Origin: Phoronis australis
Lineage: Eukaryota; Animalia; Phoronida
Direction: 5' to 3'
DNA: 64,000 bases
NCBI GenBank assembly: GCA_002633005.1
Contig: NMRA01000150.1
Coordinates: 30,071 to 94,070 of the forward strand
Part shown: positions 47,501 to 60,174 of the stretch, piece after piece
Layout: every line of letters starts with the position of its first letter
How positions within the stretch are numbered: position 1 is the stretch's first letter
Notes under the pieces: model-generated
The model's input: only the letters and a program-made list of their open reading frames with translations
What the model was told of the DNA's origin: nothing
Database searches by the model: none
Program-made: the position numbers and the translations under genes

Positions 47501-47742
47501 CTGACAACAGTAACCCGTGTTGTGAACTGCTGAACAAACTGCGTGTGAAACCGATGACGTCATTGGATAATTTCAACACCTCCGTCTGCCGTCAGGTGTC
47601 CGGTAACGCAACCTTACCTGTTGTTATGGAGTAGAACTACTCGATCTAAATTGATACAAATTAGGTTGTTTTTTGGGTGGCATGCTCCTTTAAGAAAATC
47701 ACAAATCCCGACTTAAGACTCATTTTGTGGTGGTGGGTCACA
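44553..47742. mobile_element. Non-autonomous TIR DNA transposon (TGTGACCCACCAC... TIR) inserted at TA
   Basis: TGTGACCCACCACGACAAAATGAGTCTTAAGT mirrored by ACTTAAGACTCATTTTGTGGTGGTGGGTCACA; TA on both flanks; the host HINE resumes TGCCGTCATCTC. Confidence 0.8.
46039..47689 (+). mobile_element. Kolobok-like element, copy 2
   Basis: TTAA|AGGAGAATGCCACCC...GGGTGGCATGCTCCT|TTAA; THAP remnant RESEMLRKWLMVVKN..KHLRVCG. Confidence 0.85.
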
Positions 47743-50535
47743 TATTGCCGTCATCTCTGTCTTGGGCATCAGGGCGTCCGGCGTCCACGGCTGTATCTCC
47801 TAAACCCCTTGCAGTATCATATTAAAATTTGGCAGGTGTGTTCCTATGGGGTTGGCGACAGAGGGTGACAAGTTTCGGACCGACCCAAATACTGCTGTGC
47901 CCCTTGGTGGCAATTTTAGTTTTTTACATTTGCTTCTGTATCTTCAAAGGTCCTCAACCGATTTTCTTGAAATTTGGCACATAGGCATCTATTAATGAGG
48001 TGATGTTATCATTTTGTTTTCGGATGGATTGAAGGTATTTTGCGCCATCTAGTGGCCATTTTTAATATTTTCGAGGCTGTTTTTGACATCCACCCCTCTG
48101 TCAACCAAATCGCTCTAAGGATGATTGCGAAAATTGACATGTATGTTCTTACTATGAAGAGGACGGTTGATGATGATTTTCCAACGACTTCGACCAGTGT
48201 GGCGCTTCCTAGTGGGAGTTTTGTTTGTTTATGCGCCCGTGGCTGTGTCTCGTAAACGCTCTACAGGATGCAGCATATGTGTTTATATGAAGTTGACAAC
48301 GGACGACTTTGGTCAGATCGGACTACAGGTGTGCCCCATTGTGGGAATTTCATTTTTTTATGTTTACCTCTGTATCTTCAAAAGTCTTCGATGGATTTCC
48401 ATAAAATTTGACACATAGGCATCTATTAATCAGATGATGCTATCCTCCTGTTTGCAGGATCGTTAATAAGTTTAGCAAGTGTATTTATATGATGTTGACA
48501 ATGCACGGTGACCACCTTTGCACAGATCGAACTATTGGTGTGTCCCCTAGCGGCAATTTCTGTTTTTTACTGTAACCTCTGTATCTTCAAAGGTCTTCAA
48601 CGTATTTTCATAAAATTTGGAAAATATGCATCTGTCGGTGAGATGACGCTATCCTCCCGTTTTCAGATGGATTCGAGGTATTTTGCTTCACCTAGTAGGC
48701 ATTTTTACTGTTTTCGAGTATGTTTTTTGGCGTCTGCCCCGCCATCAACCAAACCACCCTGAGGATGATTTTGAAACTTGGCATGTGTGTTCGTACTACA
48801 AAGAGGACAATTGGCGATGTTTTTTCCGATAATTTCGGCCACTGTAGTTTCTGATAGCGGCAGTTTTGTTTTTACTTTTGTTTTGCGCTCAGGCGTACCT
48901 GTATCTCCTAAGCCCTCTGCACATGTATTTATGTGAAGTTAACAATGGAAGACGACTCTTTCAGACGGGTCCGACTAACACTGCCCCCTAGTGGCAATTT
49001 CATTTTTTTCTGTTTACCTGTTTCTCTGACGAATTTTCATGAAATTTGTCAAATAGCTTTCTTTTAAAGAAATAGTGACATTTCCGTTTTTCAGATGGAT
49101 TCGACGTATCTTGCTCCATGCAGTGGCCATTTTTACTGTTATTCTAGTCTGTTTTTGGCGTCCGCCCTCTATCAACCAAACCACTCTTAGGATGATTGTG
49201 AAAATTGGCTTATAGATTTTTAATGTGAAGAGGATGGTTGACGATGATTTTCTGGCTTCACTTACTGTGGTGCCTCCTAGCGGCATTTTTTTCGTCCTTA
49301 GTTGTATTTCCTGAGCACTTTGCAGTGCTTTCGTGGGCGCATTTCAATGTGCTGCGTTGCTCTTGTAGTTTTTTTAAGTTTACCGCTGTATCTTCAAAGG
49401 TCCTCAACGTATTTTCATAAAATTTGGTATATAGGCACCTATTAGTTAGATGATGCTTTCCTGTTGTTTTCGGATGAATTCGACGTAGTCTGCACCACCT
49501 AGAGGCCATTTTTACGGTTTTTGAGTATGCTTTTTTGGTGTCCACCGCCTATCAACCAAACTGCTCTAAGGATGATTGTGAAAATTGGCATGCATGTTCT
49601 TACTATGGAGAGGATGGCTGACGATGATTTTCCGACAGCTTCCGACTACTGTGGAGCCTCCTAGTGGCAGTTTTGTTCTTTTTGCACCTGTTGCTGTATC
49701 TCCTAAACCATTTGCAGGATCTTTACTAAATTTAGCTTGTGTATTGATATGGTTTTGACAACTGTGGCAAATTAATTATTTTACATTTACCTCTGTATCT
49801 TCAAAGGCCTTAAATGTATTTTCATCAAATTTTGAATATAGGCATCTATAGGTGAGATGACGCTATCCTGTTTTCGGATGGAATTGAGGTATTTTATGAC
49901 ACCTAGTGGCCATTTTTGCTGCTTTCGAGTGTTTTTAGCATCCACTCCTCCATCAACCGAACCATTCCAAGGATGGTTTTGAAAATTGCCGTTTATGTTC
50001 TCATTGTTAGAGAACGGTTTCCGTTGACAACTTTGACTACTGTGGCATCTCCTAATGGTAGTTTTGCTTTGTTTTGCGCCCATAACTGTATCTTCTAAAG
50101 CCACTGCAGAATCTTTATTAAATTTAGTAAGTGCATTTATATGAAGCTAACAACAGGCCACGATGACTTTCAGGTGGATTCAACGAACGCTGTGCCCCCT
50201 GGTGGCAATTGCATTTTATTCCGTTTCCTTTGTTTCTCTGAAGTTCCTGCATATGAAATTTGGCGAATAGCTTTCTATTAATGAAGCAATGACATATTCC
50301 TGTTTTCAAATGGATTGGACATTTTTGCTCCATTTAGTGGTCATTTTTATGATACAAATAAAGACCGTAAAAGCACACCATTGGCATTGCATTCGTGGGC
50401 GCATGTCAACACTCCGTGTTGCTCTTGTTGTCCATTTGATGCATTTACAGTTTCAGCTTATTCATTGAACAGATGTTTTTTGAGACACAGAAATAGTAGA
50501 AGAGTTGCAAGTGAAACAAACACACAAGTGAACTA

Positions 50536-53086
50536 CCGTAATCGTTCGGGTTAACGCCCTGGGCGGTTAAATTGGGGAATCCAAAAAATCGGGGGAGGGC
50601 GGTTAACCGAGCAGTGGGCGGTTAAATCGAAAATCCACCTAAAGTAGGGGATGGGCGATTAACCGAACATGGGCGCTTATTACGACAGACAACCGCCCTG
50701 GGCGGTTAATCTTACCTGGCGATCTAAATCCCGACAGGACAATCATACTCAGAACGCGTAGCCCTTTTCAAAGAGCTTAATCGTCACATGGCCAAATGAC
50801 TGTGAAAACATCATAACAGCGTATGATCCCAACAAAGGTTCTTTTGCCCTCAGATTAGTAATTCACTATTAAATTTACAAAATTGCTGAGTAATAGCCCC
50901 GTGCCGTCCTGCGGTGCACAGACGACCAGTCACCTCGCAGCCTCCACTAGAATTAAAACTGTTTCAAGATGTGACCCTACTTAAGTGCGCGTGTGCAAGC
51001 TTCACGTGTTGCAGAGGCCAGACATCAAATTTATGGTTACAGTCTCGTACTATATGTAGCTGTCAAGTTCTGACTCAGAGAGCAGTTTTAAAATTGGTTG
51101 TAATATAAGTTTGAAAAACTGTTGTTTTTGTGTTTGGGATGTTTTAGTCGACACTCCGTGACTCAATGACATTTTCAGCGTATGGTTCTGCGGCTAGCTG
51201 TCTTATCTCGACAGCCCGGCATTGCTTTCTTGCCATTGCGCCAAACATGCTATGCAAAGAAGTAAGACAAGGATCGGGGGTGGTCGAGCCAGTCGTCAAT
51301 CAAGAATAAAATTTCAAGCAACTGCATAAATATGTTACAAAATGTCAGAAAACAGCAATGTTTCAATTCATTATTCAAACTTCGTGGTGGAAAAACATTT
51401 ATTTTTCATGCAAGATATCCAGATTATCCTATTTATGTCACTTGTAATATTGCACTGCGGCACTGTTCGGTCCCCCTGTTATCGCGCAATGTCTCAGTCG
51501 GCTGACAATCGTGACTTGGAAATGCCGTCAAGTAATATAACGGCCTCTTTCAATATGCATCTCGTTTTTTATGGCCAAAGATAGTGGCGGTATTCATCAC
51601 GCATGTAGGGCCTACGTGTGAGTCACCTGTCAATCGCATGTTGGTGTCAAGGTAACATGCACTCCAAAGTGTGGGAACTTGCGCACGTGCACCACTACAA
51701 ATCAATCACACATAGCGACAGTCCGAAGTAACAAAAATGGGCGTGACTATGTGCTTTTAAGTTGTTGTTACGAAAGACCCAGTTCTTTACGATATTTCTC
51801 CGTTGCCAATGTTCCCCAAAACTGCGATGTCAAGTCTATTGCCATATTTCCCGGCTCGATGCTCCCTAAGCCCATCCCTGTAACTAGCTGTGTGAATCTC
51901 CTACCCACTATCGTCAAGCAGTCTACGTCGTAGATATTTCAGACTCGAATGGTAAGAATTTTTGTTCAGGCTGAAAATGGCCAATGTATAAACAAAATTA
52001 TTCTGGATGGCTAAAAAGGGGATGTGGAAACGATAATTCACACAGTCACACTTACGTGCAGGCTGACGCAAGAATAGTAAAGAACAGCCAGCGACATTAC
52101 TTAAATCTGTTAACCAGTTTGACTGAAATGCAATAAGCGAAAAACAAAATTTGACTAGCCGTTTTTTTTATTACTTCATATTACTTCACGATCATACACA
52201 AACATACATTATTGCCAACGTTTGAATTCAGAAATCGACAGGCAGCAACGAAATTGGTAACCCAGTAAGGCACTTGTACTGTCCCTTCGGTTGCCCCATA
52301 TCCTCTGTAACCCGGCAGTTATATTCATCAAAATATTGAGAAGTTCACATCTTTCCGTGAGTTTTGAGATTTGTTCAAAATACAAGAGCTTCCCACCTTA
52401 ATAGAATTTGGAGGGTTGGCAAAACCGTTGTCACATTTCTCTGGCCTGCCTCCCGTTCAGTAACGCTAGGACCTAGCTTAAAAGCAAGACTGTGCGAGAT
52501 TACGCGAGATATTGCCGTGTATTTTAAATAAGAGCACGTGACCTTGACTAGCTTTTGGCTAGGTCCTAGCGTAGGTCCTAACGTCTACTGAACGCACGCC
52601 TGATTTTTTTGAATATATGTTTATCTAGTGCACTGCAGACGGAATCTCAGCGCGTCAGACAAAGTCGCTGAAAGCGGAGGTTTTGACGCCAGCGGTGTTC
52701 TTAAACTTTGCAAACAAGGGAAGAAAATAGAGTGACAAGAAGGTTCAAGTATTATATTTTGAAGTGAGTTCGTGACCCAAGACAATAACTCGTTACCTGT
52801 ATTGTAATTCAGATTGCTAAACCACCGTCTCGGAGTCCCGGCGTCGTTGCACTCATTGTGATCGTTGATCTTTTTCTAAAAGTCGGGGAATCGCGCGTTT
52901 CCTTAGCACTAGGTGCTAAATCTTCATTCTTTAAAAGTCGGGGCTGGGCGCTTAACTGAGAGGTGGGCGCTTAACTGGAAATCTTCAAAAATCGCAGGGC
53001 GAGCTGTGGGCGGTTAAATTGAAAATCCACTTAAAGTCAGGGATGGGTGGTTAACTGAGCATGGGCGTTAACCCGAATGATTACGG
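50536..53086 (-). mobile_element. Tc1/pogo-like family A copy 2 (complete ends)
   Basis: TA|CCGTAATCGTTCGGGTTAACGCCC ... GGGCGTTAACCCGAATGATTACGG|TA; reverse homologue of 7823-10746. Confidence 0.85.
52445..52602 (+). mobile_element. 157-bp mini-element, copy 3 (CCTG...CCTG)
   Basis: CCTG-CCTCCCGTTCAGTAACGCTAGGACC...GGTCCTAACGTCTACTGAACGCACG-CCTG. Confidence 0.9.
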
Positions 53087-53172
53087 TAAATATTTTCCAG
53101 TTGACTAGGTTTGGTCACATGACCATTGTGTATTGACAGGGATGTTATTATCACAGTCACTAATGTACACTT

Positions 53173-53576
53173 GCGTAATGGAGAATTGTGTTATTACTAT
53201 TCTCCATATGTAGAACGAAGAATTGTGTTATTACTATTCTCCATATGCATAACGGAGAATTGTGTTATTACTATTCTCCATATGCATAACGGAGAATTGT
53301 GTTATTACTATTCTTCACATGCATAACGGAGAATTGTGTTATTACTATTCTCCATATGCATAACGGAGAATTGTGTTATTACTATTCTTCACATGCATAA
53401 CGGAGAATTGTGTTATTACTATTCTCCATATGCATAACGGAGAATTGTGTTATTACTATTCTCCATATGCATAACGGAGAATTGTGTTATTACTATTCTC
53501 CATATGCATAACGGAGAATTGTGTTATTACTATTCTCCATATGCATAACAGAGAATTGTGTTACTACTATTCTCCA
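53173..53576. repeat. 37-bp minisatellite, ~11 copies
   Basis: Unit GCATAACGGAGAATTGTGTTATTACTATTCTCCATAT in head-to-tail tandem, no spacers. Confidence 0.95.
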
Positions 53577-53848
53577 GAGCGAGGTCTCGTTGTATGGCAG
53601 TGCTCTCATACTTATAATTAATAACAATTCAAATCATTCTTCTTTGGTGGCTGCAATAGTATAACAATAGTACATGATATTTACATAATCAAACTAGCGT
53701 AGTTTCAATGATTTCTTAATTTTTATTATCTACAGTCTCACAAGAGAATATTTTTAAGCTGTCACATGTCTTCAATTTCTCGATAGTATAGTTGATGGAT
53801 GATGAGTTCTTTTTTATACCCTGTGCCGATGTTCTATTGATGTTTCAG

Positions 53849-53954
53849 GTCATTGTGTGCTAACCTGGCTGCTGCCAATAAATTCACCATAGACCACTTG
53901 GAGGACAGTAAGAACTGGTCGCTGGTTGGGAAGGCAGACTTCTTCTATATTGGA
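53849..53954 (+). CDS. ADK: Adenosine kinase exon 6
   Basis: gtttcag|G TCA: SLCANLAAANKFTIDHLEDSKNWSLVGKADFFYIG|gtatgt (RSL.ANLAAAN motif). Confidence 0.97.
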
Positions 53955-54227
53955 GTATGTTGCTTCCTGCTTATTCACTGCTAGTTCATGTTAACATTCT
54001 GATGTTGCCAAGAACATCATGATGTCAAGCTTGATACATATACAAAACGTATCGAGAGTTTATGTAGATGAAATAATAGGCCATGATAAATTATTCAATA
54101 AGGTCGAGTACACTTCGAATGCTTAGTCTCATTTATTTTTTGGCAAATTTTTAAAATACCGGTACTTCACCCAGACTGTTCATGTGGCGGATCACAGCGT
54201 GTTACATTACAAATTTAGATTAGTTAA

Positions 54228-55297
54228 AGGAGAATGCCACCCGATTTAATTTGTCTTTTTTACTGACTTAATTGGTCTATATCGACATCACCCCGTATAC
54301 GGTCAATCTTATCTCGCCGAGAAGTGTCGCGTTAACCTGTGAGGAAGGTGAGAAACGATGCAGCGACGTCAGTGGTTCTTCTGCAGAGTGAGTGCCGCTA
54401 TTGTGTGGTGTATCGTTCCTGCTTGTGCGAACTATGAAGCTGTTAATAAAGTGATAAATCATTTTTTCTATTTCCTCGAGAGCTCATAATGCTTTGAAAG
54501 TGGTTGGCGGTTGTGAAGAATGTTCTCCTGTCTGTATTTCACGGACAAATAATTTGAATTTATCGCCGAACACACCCCAAACTCCAGCGACCGACCTTGG
54601 TAAATTTCCTGGCTACCAAACTTTGTAGGCTACGGTATGTTCAAATACCTATAAATTCGTAACAGCGAAATAAAACAACATATTTGTTGAATAACTCAAT
54701 GTATTTGTCAGGGACTTAGATCAAATTTTGATGATTTATTGGTATAAAACTATGAATTTAAGCGATAAGCTCACACCAGTAAGTGTGTTGTGAACTGCTG
54801 AACAGACTGCGTTCGAACCTCTGACACCATTGGTTAATTTCAGCACCTCTGTCTGCCGTCAGGTGTCAGGTAAAAGAACTTTACTTGCTGTTATAGAGTG
54901 AAAGTACTCGATCTAAATTGATACAAACTCCCGCAACCGAACTTGGTAAATTGGCCTAAAGTACCGAATTTTGTAGGCTACGGTATGTTCAAACACCTAA
55001 AAACCCGTAGCAGCGAAATAAAATAACACGTTTGTTCAATAACTCGATGTATTTGTAAGGGTTTTACATTGAATTTTGATGATTTATTGGTGTAAAACGA
55101 TGAATTCAAGTGATTAGCTGACACCAGTAAGTGTGTTGTGAACTGCTGAACAGACTGCGTTCGAACCTCTGACACCACTGGTTAATTTCAGCACCTCTGT
55201 CTGCCCTCAGAAAAAAGGGCTGTTTTTGCTGTTATTGAGTGGAACTACTCGATCTAAATTGACACAAAATAGGTCGTTTTTTGGGTGGCATTCTCTG
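54228..55297 (+). mobile_element. Kolobok-like element, copy 3 (internal deletion plus tandem duplication of ~345 bp)
   Basis: TTAA|AGGAGAATGCCACCC...GGGTGGCATTCTCTG|TTAA; 54580-54927 is repeated at 54928-55270. Confidence 0.8.
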
Positions 55298-56238
55298 TTA
55301 AAGAAAGTAGTATTAAATGTAACGATTTATTACTTGAGAAGAGATAACAAAGATGAAAACAATGATAATTTTGCAGTAAACTTGTAAAAATAATTAAAGA
55401 ACAACAATATTTAACATTAAAGTTACCGAGCATTTAATGCCTGAGTTGCAGACGATATAATATTCAGCAAATAAAATTAAGACAGTAGTGTTATATAATT
55501 AACAGTTTTGTAGCAGATGTTATGGTTGGGATCTGATTGCATGTTGAGTGTTATTTATACTGCTGCAACTGTAAAACTTCAAGCTATTTTGGAAAAGTTT
55601 GATGATCAAGGCGGCTAATGGCGTCGAGTCGACATTGACTTAACTTCTGAATTTTCCATGTCGAGTTCACTGTTAAAGTCGTCCCAGGAGTGCAATACGG
55701 AAAACAATACCACATAGCTGTATTGCACTCAACTTATTCAATGCATGCAGGATAAAGGCTCTTTTGACTTCGTTTGCTTGGTTTTTAGCACAATCATCAC
55801 ATTTTCTGATGAAAACATTTTCATAAGTTAAGGCATCTTGCAGTATTCATTGAGTGTACTACTAAATTTGATTTTCAATAAGATTCTTGTTGGTTGATTT
55901 TCATCAAAACAGCTTGACAGATGTTCAAGAAACTTGAAATAGAGGTGTATGGTTGTGATCAGACTCTACCACAGTGTCTGTAGTTGAGTTCTGATTGGCT
56001 TTTGCCACCACTGCCCTGTCTATTGAAAATAGTACCTAGTTGTCTTGTGCAATGAGATTCATAAATGTAGTATGGCCCAATTAATTTTATGCTCAGTTAT
56101 ATAACTAAAACATCCTCATGCAACAAAAGTGTTTTGAAATTGAGCGTTGCTGTTATTGTATGTGCTTGGTATTTAAAATTGTTTTGGTGCGGGACTGCTG
56201 GGTTTTGGTACAGGACTTGTACTTTTTGTCTTCTTTGA

Positions 56239-56421
<183 letters not shown>

Positions 56422-56957
56422 TGACTGATGTTCAAGTAAAGAATCCCGTGGTTTTAAATTAATAAGATTTTGATTAGATTTTTGTCTCTACCATATTTAA
56501 CTTCCAGCTAGTACAGTAATGATTGCAAAGTTGAAACTGTTGGGAAAATTTAAACCCAATCCTTTGCAACTTTTAAAAAATATTTGTTTTAAGCGAACAT
56601 GCCAGAATATAGTGGGAAAAAATCTAGGCCCGGATTCTATTCTTGGGCTTGAACCTTGACTCAAAAATTGTCTATTTGCATGGGGTACTTTGAGTAAACT
56701 TACAAATTTGTTCTCTAATAATGCTTCATTGTTTGTTGAGTCTTGAGTGGAGTCTCAGTTCAGATATTAGATCCTAGACCTAATGCGTTAAAGCTAGGCA
56801 GTGATATGATTGACTTTATCCCTATTCTTTTGTATTTTCAGCTCCCTACATGTCAAAAATAAGCTTAACAAAATCGACTAATCAATGGAATATTTATTAT
56901 CTAAGCATTCTCTGCATTGTTAACGTGTTCAGCTTTGTCTTGTGATCATTGTGACTA

Positions 56958-59872
56958 CCGTATTCATGCTAGTAACTGCCCATGCCCCTATAAGCGCCCC
57001 TATAAGCGCCCCCCTCACAGGTTTTCAGACTTTGCTAAAATAAGCCCCCAGCCCATGAACGTGTACATCCGAAAATGCCTTACCTACAGTCCTAAAATTT
57101 TTCAGTAGTGTCTTCAATTGATCAATAATATCCGAAAGTCCTGAAAAAAATCATTGTGCGCAGAATTTGTAGACCACGAGCGTTGCCGTTGTGTCGCTAT
57201 TTAGCCGTGACTATACGCTTCAAACTTCTGCCGTGTCTCAAAAAGAACGAAAAGTTTTGCTGATCTTGTGTGGAACGTGTCCCACTATGCCCTGGCCTTT
57301 CAGAAATGCTGTAGCGTACTTGTCAATGTTATTGTATTTTAGATATTTCCTGCCTCAACAGGAATCCAAATTTCTTTGTATACGTGAAAACCGCGTATTG
57401 AAGCACGTGGCCAGGAAAAGTGTGCTACGTACATGTATCAGTCATCAAAGTCATTAGTCGGGAACTATCCATTTATGAAACGGGTAGCATAGCATCGGCA
57501 AGAAATGAGTATTGGCACTAATTTCAGACAGTTTCCAATACTTTATTTTTAGGAGGGATTGTTTGATTAATCATAATTGGTGTTTTTAAAGCCAAATAGC
57601 CGATAAAATGACCACTGACAGTGAATGCTTGCACACCCGAACAAATTGAAATAATCGTCAGACAGTCATGTACACATCCAGCCACACGGCGACTACTATG
57701 GGCTTGACCGAGACATATGTCAAACGTTTTTTAGCAGATGAGACCGGCAAGTGCTGAATGAAACATGTACTGCTTTACTGCTTGTGCTAATTTCTTTAGA
57801 TACAATGCACATCTAGCTTGTTAGACTACGTTTACTTTGGCAAAAGAACTCTGGTGACACGCATGCGCTCGGTTACTCACACATGCAGACGAACTTCAAA
57901 ACAAATGTCACGTGACAAATGTGTTGCCAATCCTAGATGGCATGATGTAGCACAGATGTGGACTTAACCTGTCGTAAATCCCGACTCACAGGAACTTAAA
58001 AATCTTAGGGACACTATTTGGAAAACTTAAAGGCGAAGGCAACCTTTTTTCGTGTCACTTTTAGCAAAAATAAGGTTCGTTGATTATCAGACACATTTTT
58101 CACTTATTTACTGCTTTTAGTAATTTAATTAAATACTCATCGTCTACTCCAGGATAGACAAACTGAATACAATAGAACCTCATGGATTGAACATAAAAAC
58201 TTAAAATATGTCATTGAATTTTTTACGCAAAAATGTATCATTTTCATTACACCATATCTTATATGTCAATTGTCATTTCGTGTTTGATTTTACTTTATTT
58301 CTGTTCTTGTTGATAAAGGAAGTTGTTACCTCCGAAAATTTCAAATTTCAGTTGATCCATTCTTGTTGTTTTATTTACCGATTTATCTACTCCAGAAGTG
58401 ATGTTTTGGGAGGCAAGAATTTCGCGCCAATTTCTGTTCATATAGTCTGACTGTGAGAGCAGTCGAGTCAGTCATTTTTCTACCTCGGTTGTGATAAGTT
58501 CGGTCGTTGTTTGCTTTTGCTTATGAGTCAGTCATCATGCCACACAGTTGCTGTGTACTGGGGTGTACTCATTATCGTCTCACGTACAAAGGAAGAACTG
58601 TTCCACTTGCCTGAGTGTCCGGTGACACACTCCCACTGGAGGGTGATCAGAGCACCCAAACTGCTTAGATCCCGCCGTGTGACTCCTTCGCCACACACCT
58701 GGCACCTTCTAAATAGCTCCAATACAAGCCCACAATAAACTTATCAAACTTGGGCTCACCGATCTGTTTATTGGATGACGAACTGTCCTCTTCACTGGGT
58801 GTCGAACTGGGCCTGTATTCACTCCCACTACTCGATATCGCTGCAGGGCTGCTTACAGGCTCTGGGCTAGAGACAACAGCACAGGGCGAATCACTGTTAG
58901 GTCCCGGAATTGCACGTAATGGGGTACGTTCGGAGACACGGGTGACAGTAGATGAAGTGCCTCCAGTCACTTTTTATAGTGGCCACAGCTCGCGAGGCTT
59001 CTCGCTTCAAAAACACACTTCTCGGGGTTGGCGATGGGGCACTACCGGGAATCAACACCGACGGTATGGTACCCTTCTTCAGGCGTTGTTTAGCAGGGAC
59101 CTTCATCAATTCAGCGTACATATCTCTGTCGTAATCTGACTGCAGAAAATGCTTGCCACACACTCGGTAACCATCCACTGCTCTGCACGTTGCATGGACG
59201 GGTAGCGCTGCGTTCTTCACATGAACGAGCTAGCTAAGTACGGCAAAGTGTGTCATCCTTCGGAAAGCGACGCAAGGTACCCAAAGCGCGTGTGAGACGA
59301 TAATGAGTACATCCGGGCACGCAGCAACAGCGTGGCATGTTGACTGACTTGTAAACAAAAGCAAACGACGACCGAACTTATCACAACCGAGGTAGAACAA
59401 TGACTGACTCGACAGCCCTCACAGTCAGACTATAATGAAAAGAAATTGGCGTGAAACTCTTGCTTCCCAAAACGTCACTTCCGGAGTAGAGGACGAGAAA
59501 TTAATCAAATTATGAAAAGCTGTAAGTAAGTGAAAAATGTGTCTGGGATAATCAACGAACTTTATTTTTGCTAAAAGTGACATGAAAAAAGTTTGCCTTC
59601 GCCTTAAGGAGAATTTCAGGTAATTTGCTTGAATCGAAACTGTATTGTGAGTCAAGCATTCAAGTTGCCGTATCAACGATTGCGAGGCAGTCAGTCAGCG
59701 AGTTTTCGGCCTGGGGTTTCCGCACAATTTTCTGTAAAATGATCGTAATTTAACAGCAAAGTTTGATAACAATGCACCACAATTTTGTAGAAAGTCTGTC
59801 GTAGGTTGCAGATACGTCACAGTGCGTAAATATGATGACCCTAGGTGCTTACCGGTATTAGGGCTAATACGG
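56958..59872 (+). mobile_element. Tc1/pogo-like family B copy 2, split by a Kolobok-derived element
   Basis: TA|CCGTATTCATGCTAGTAACTGCCC...GGTATTAGGGCTAATACGG; homologous to 29887-31040. Confidence 0.75.
58031..59603 (-). mobile_element. Kolobok-derived foldback element carrying THAP and zinc-ribbon transposase N-terminus
   Basis: TTAA|AGGCGAAGGCAA...TTGCCTTCGCC|TTAA. Minus strand from ATG 59338: MPRCCCVPGCTH..RRFPKD..*..RVCGKHF..LKKGTIPS (THAP), then KFIV..MELFRRCQVC..G..ITLQWECVTGH..WNS. Empty site in the sister host at 30959. Confidence 0.8.
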
Positions 59873-60138
59873 CAGTCATACTTCTAATGATACTTTCCTG
59901 TTCTTTTCAAATTTTTCAGACACAGTGGTAAAATCTTTTGTAAATCTTTGGGCGGCTGCAGTCATTTTTGTCATTTCAATTCTGTAAACCTCATGTTATG
60001 ATTGAAAGTTTTATCAATTTAGAGAGGCTGCCTAATACTTATATTTTGTCAACTAATTTAATGAGTACCCATCGCTTCTGTTGTTCTTGTTGTTTACAGT
60101 GACAGTTATTTAAATTTATTTTATGCTTCTTTCTACAG

Positions 60139-60174
60139 GAAGCTGCGACCTTTGCAAAAGAACAGAATTTTGGG
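60139..60174 (+). CDS. ADK: Adenosine kinase exon 8 (gene continues beyond window)
   Basis: ttctacag|EAATFAKEQNFG|gtaagt; completes GNETEAA across the junction. Confidence 0.95.

Larger units (their letters stand above)
44518..49366 (+). mobile_element. Inner HINE-like copy inserted into the outer copy
   Basis: Second 5' end TTTTTTGCGCCCGCATAT and second 3' end GTGGGCGCAT..CAATGTGCTGCGTTG-CTCTTGT. Flanks rejoin as GGTAATTTT|AGTTTTTT, matching the uninterrupted motif at 47909-47925. Confidence 0.7.
44309..50429 (+). mobile_element. Outer Helentron/HINE-like element with internal ~430-bp subrepeats
   Basis: 5' TTTTTATGCGCCCACATAT..ATATGTGGACGCAT plus (GTCC)-like microsatellite. 3' GTGGGCGCAT plus hairpin CAACAC-TCC-GTGTTG plus CTCTTGTT. 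Interrupted at ~44517/49367 by a sister copy. Confidence 0.7.

Noticed and set aside
53173-53576. CRISPR-like palindromic 37-bp repeats
   Set aside because: Units are directly adjacent with no unique spacers, there are no cas genes, and the context is a eukaryotic intron; it is a minisatellite.
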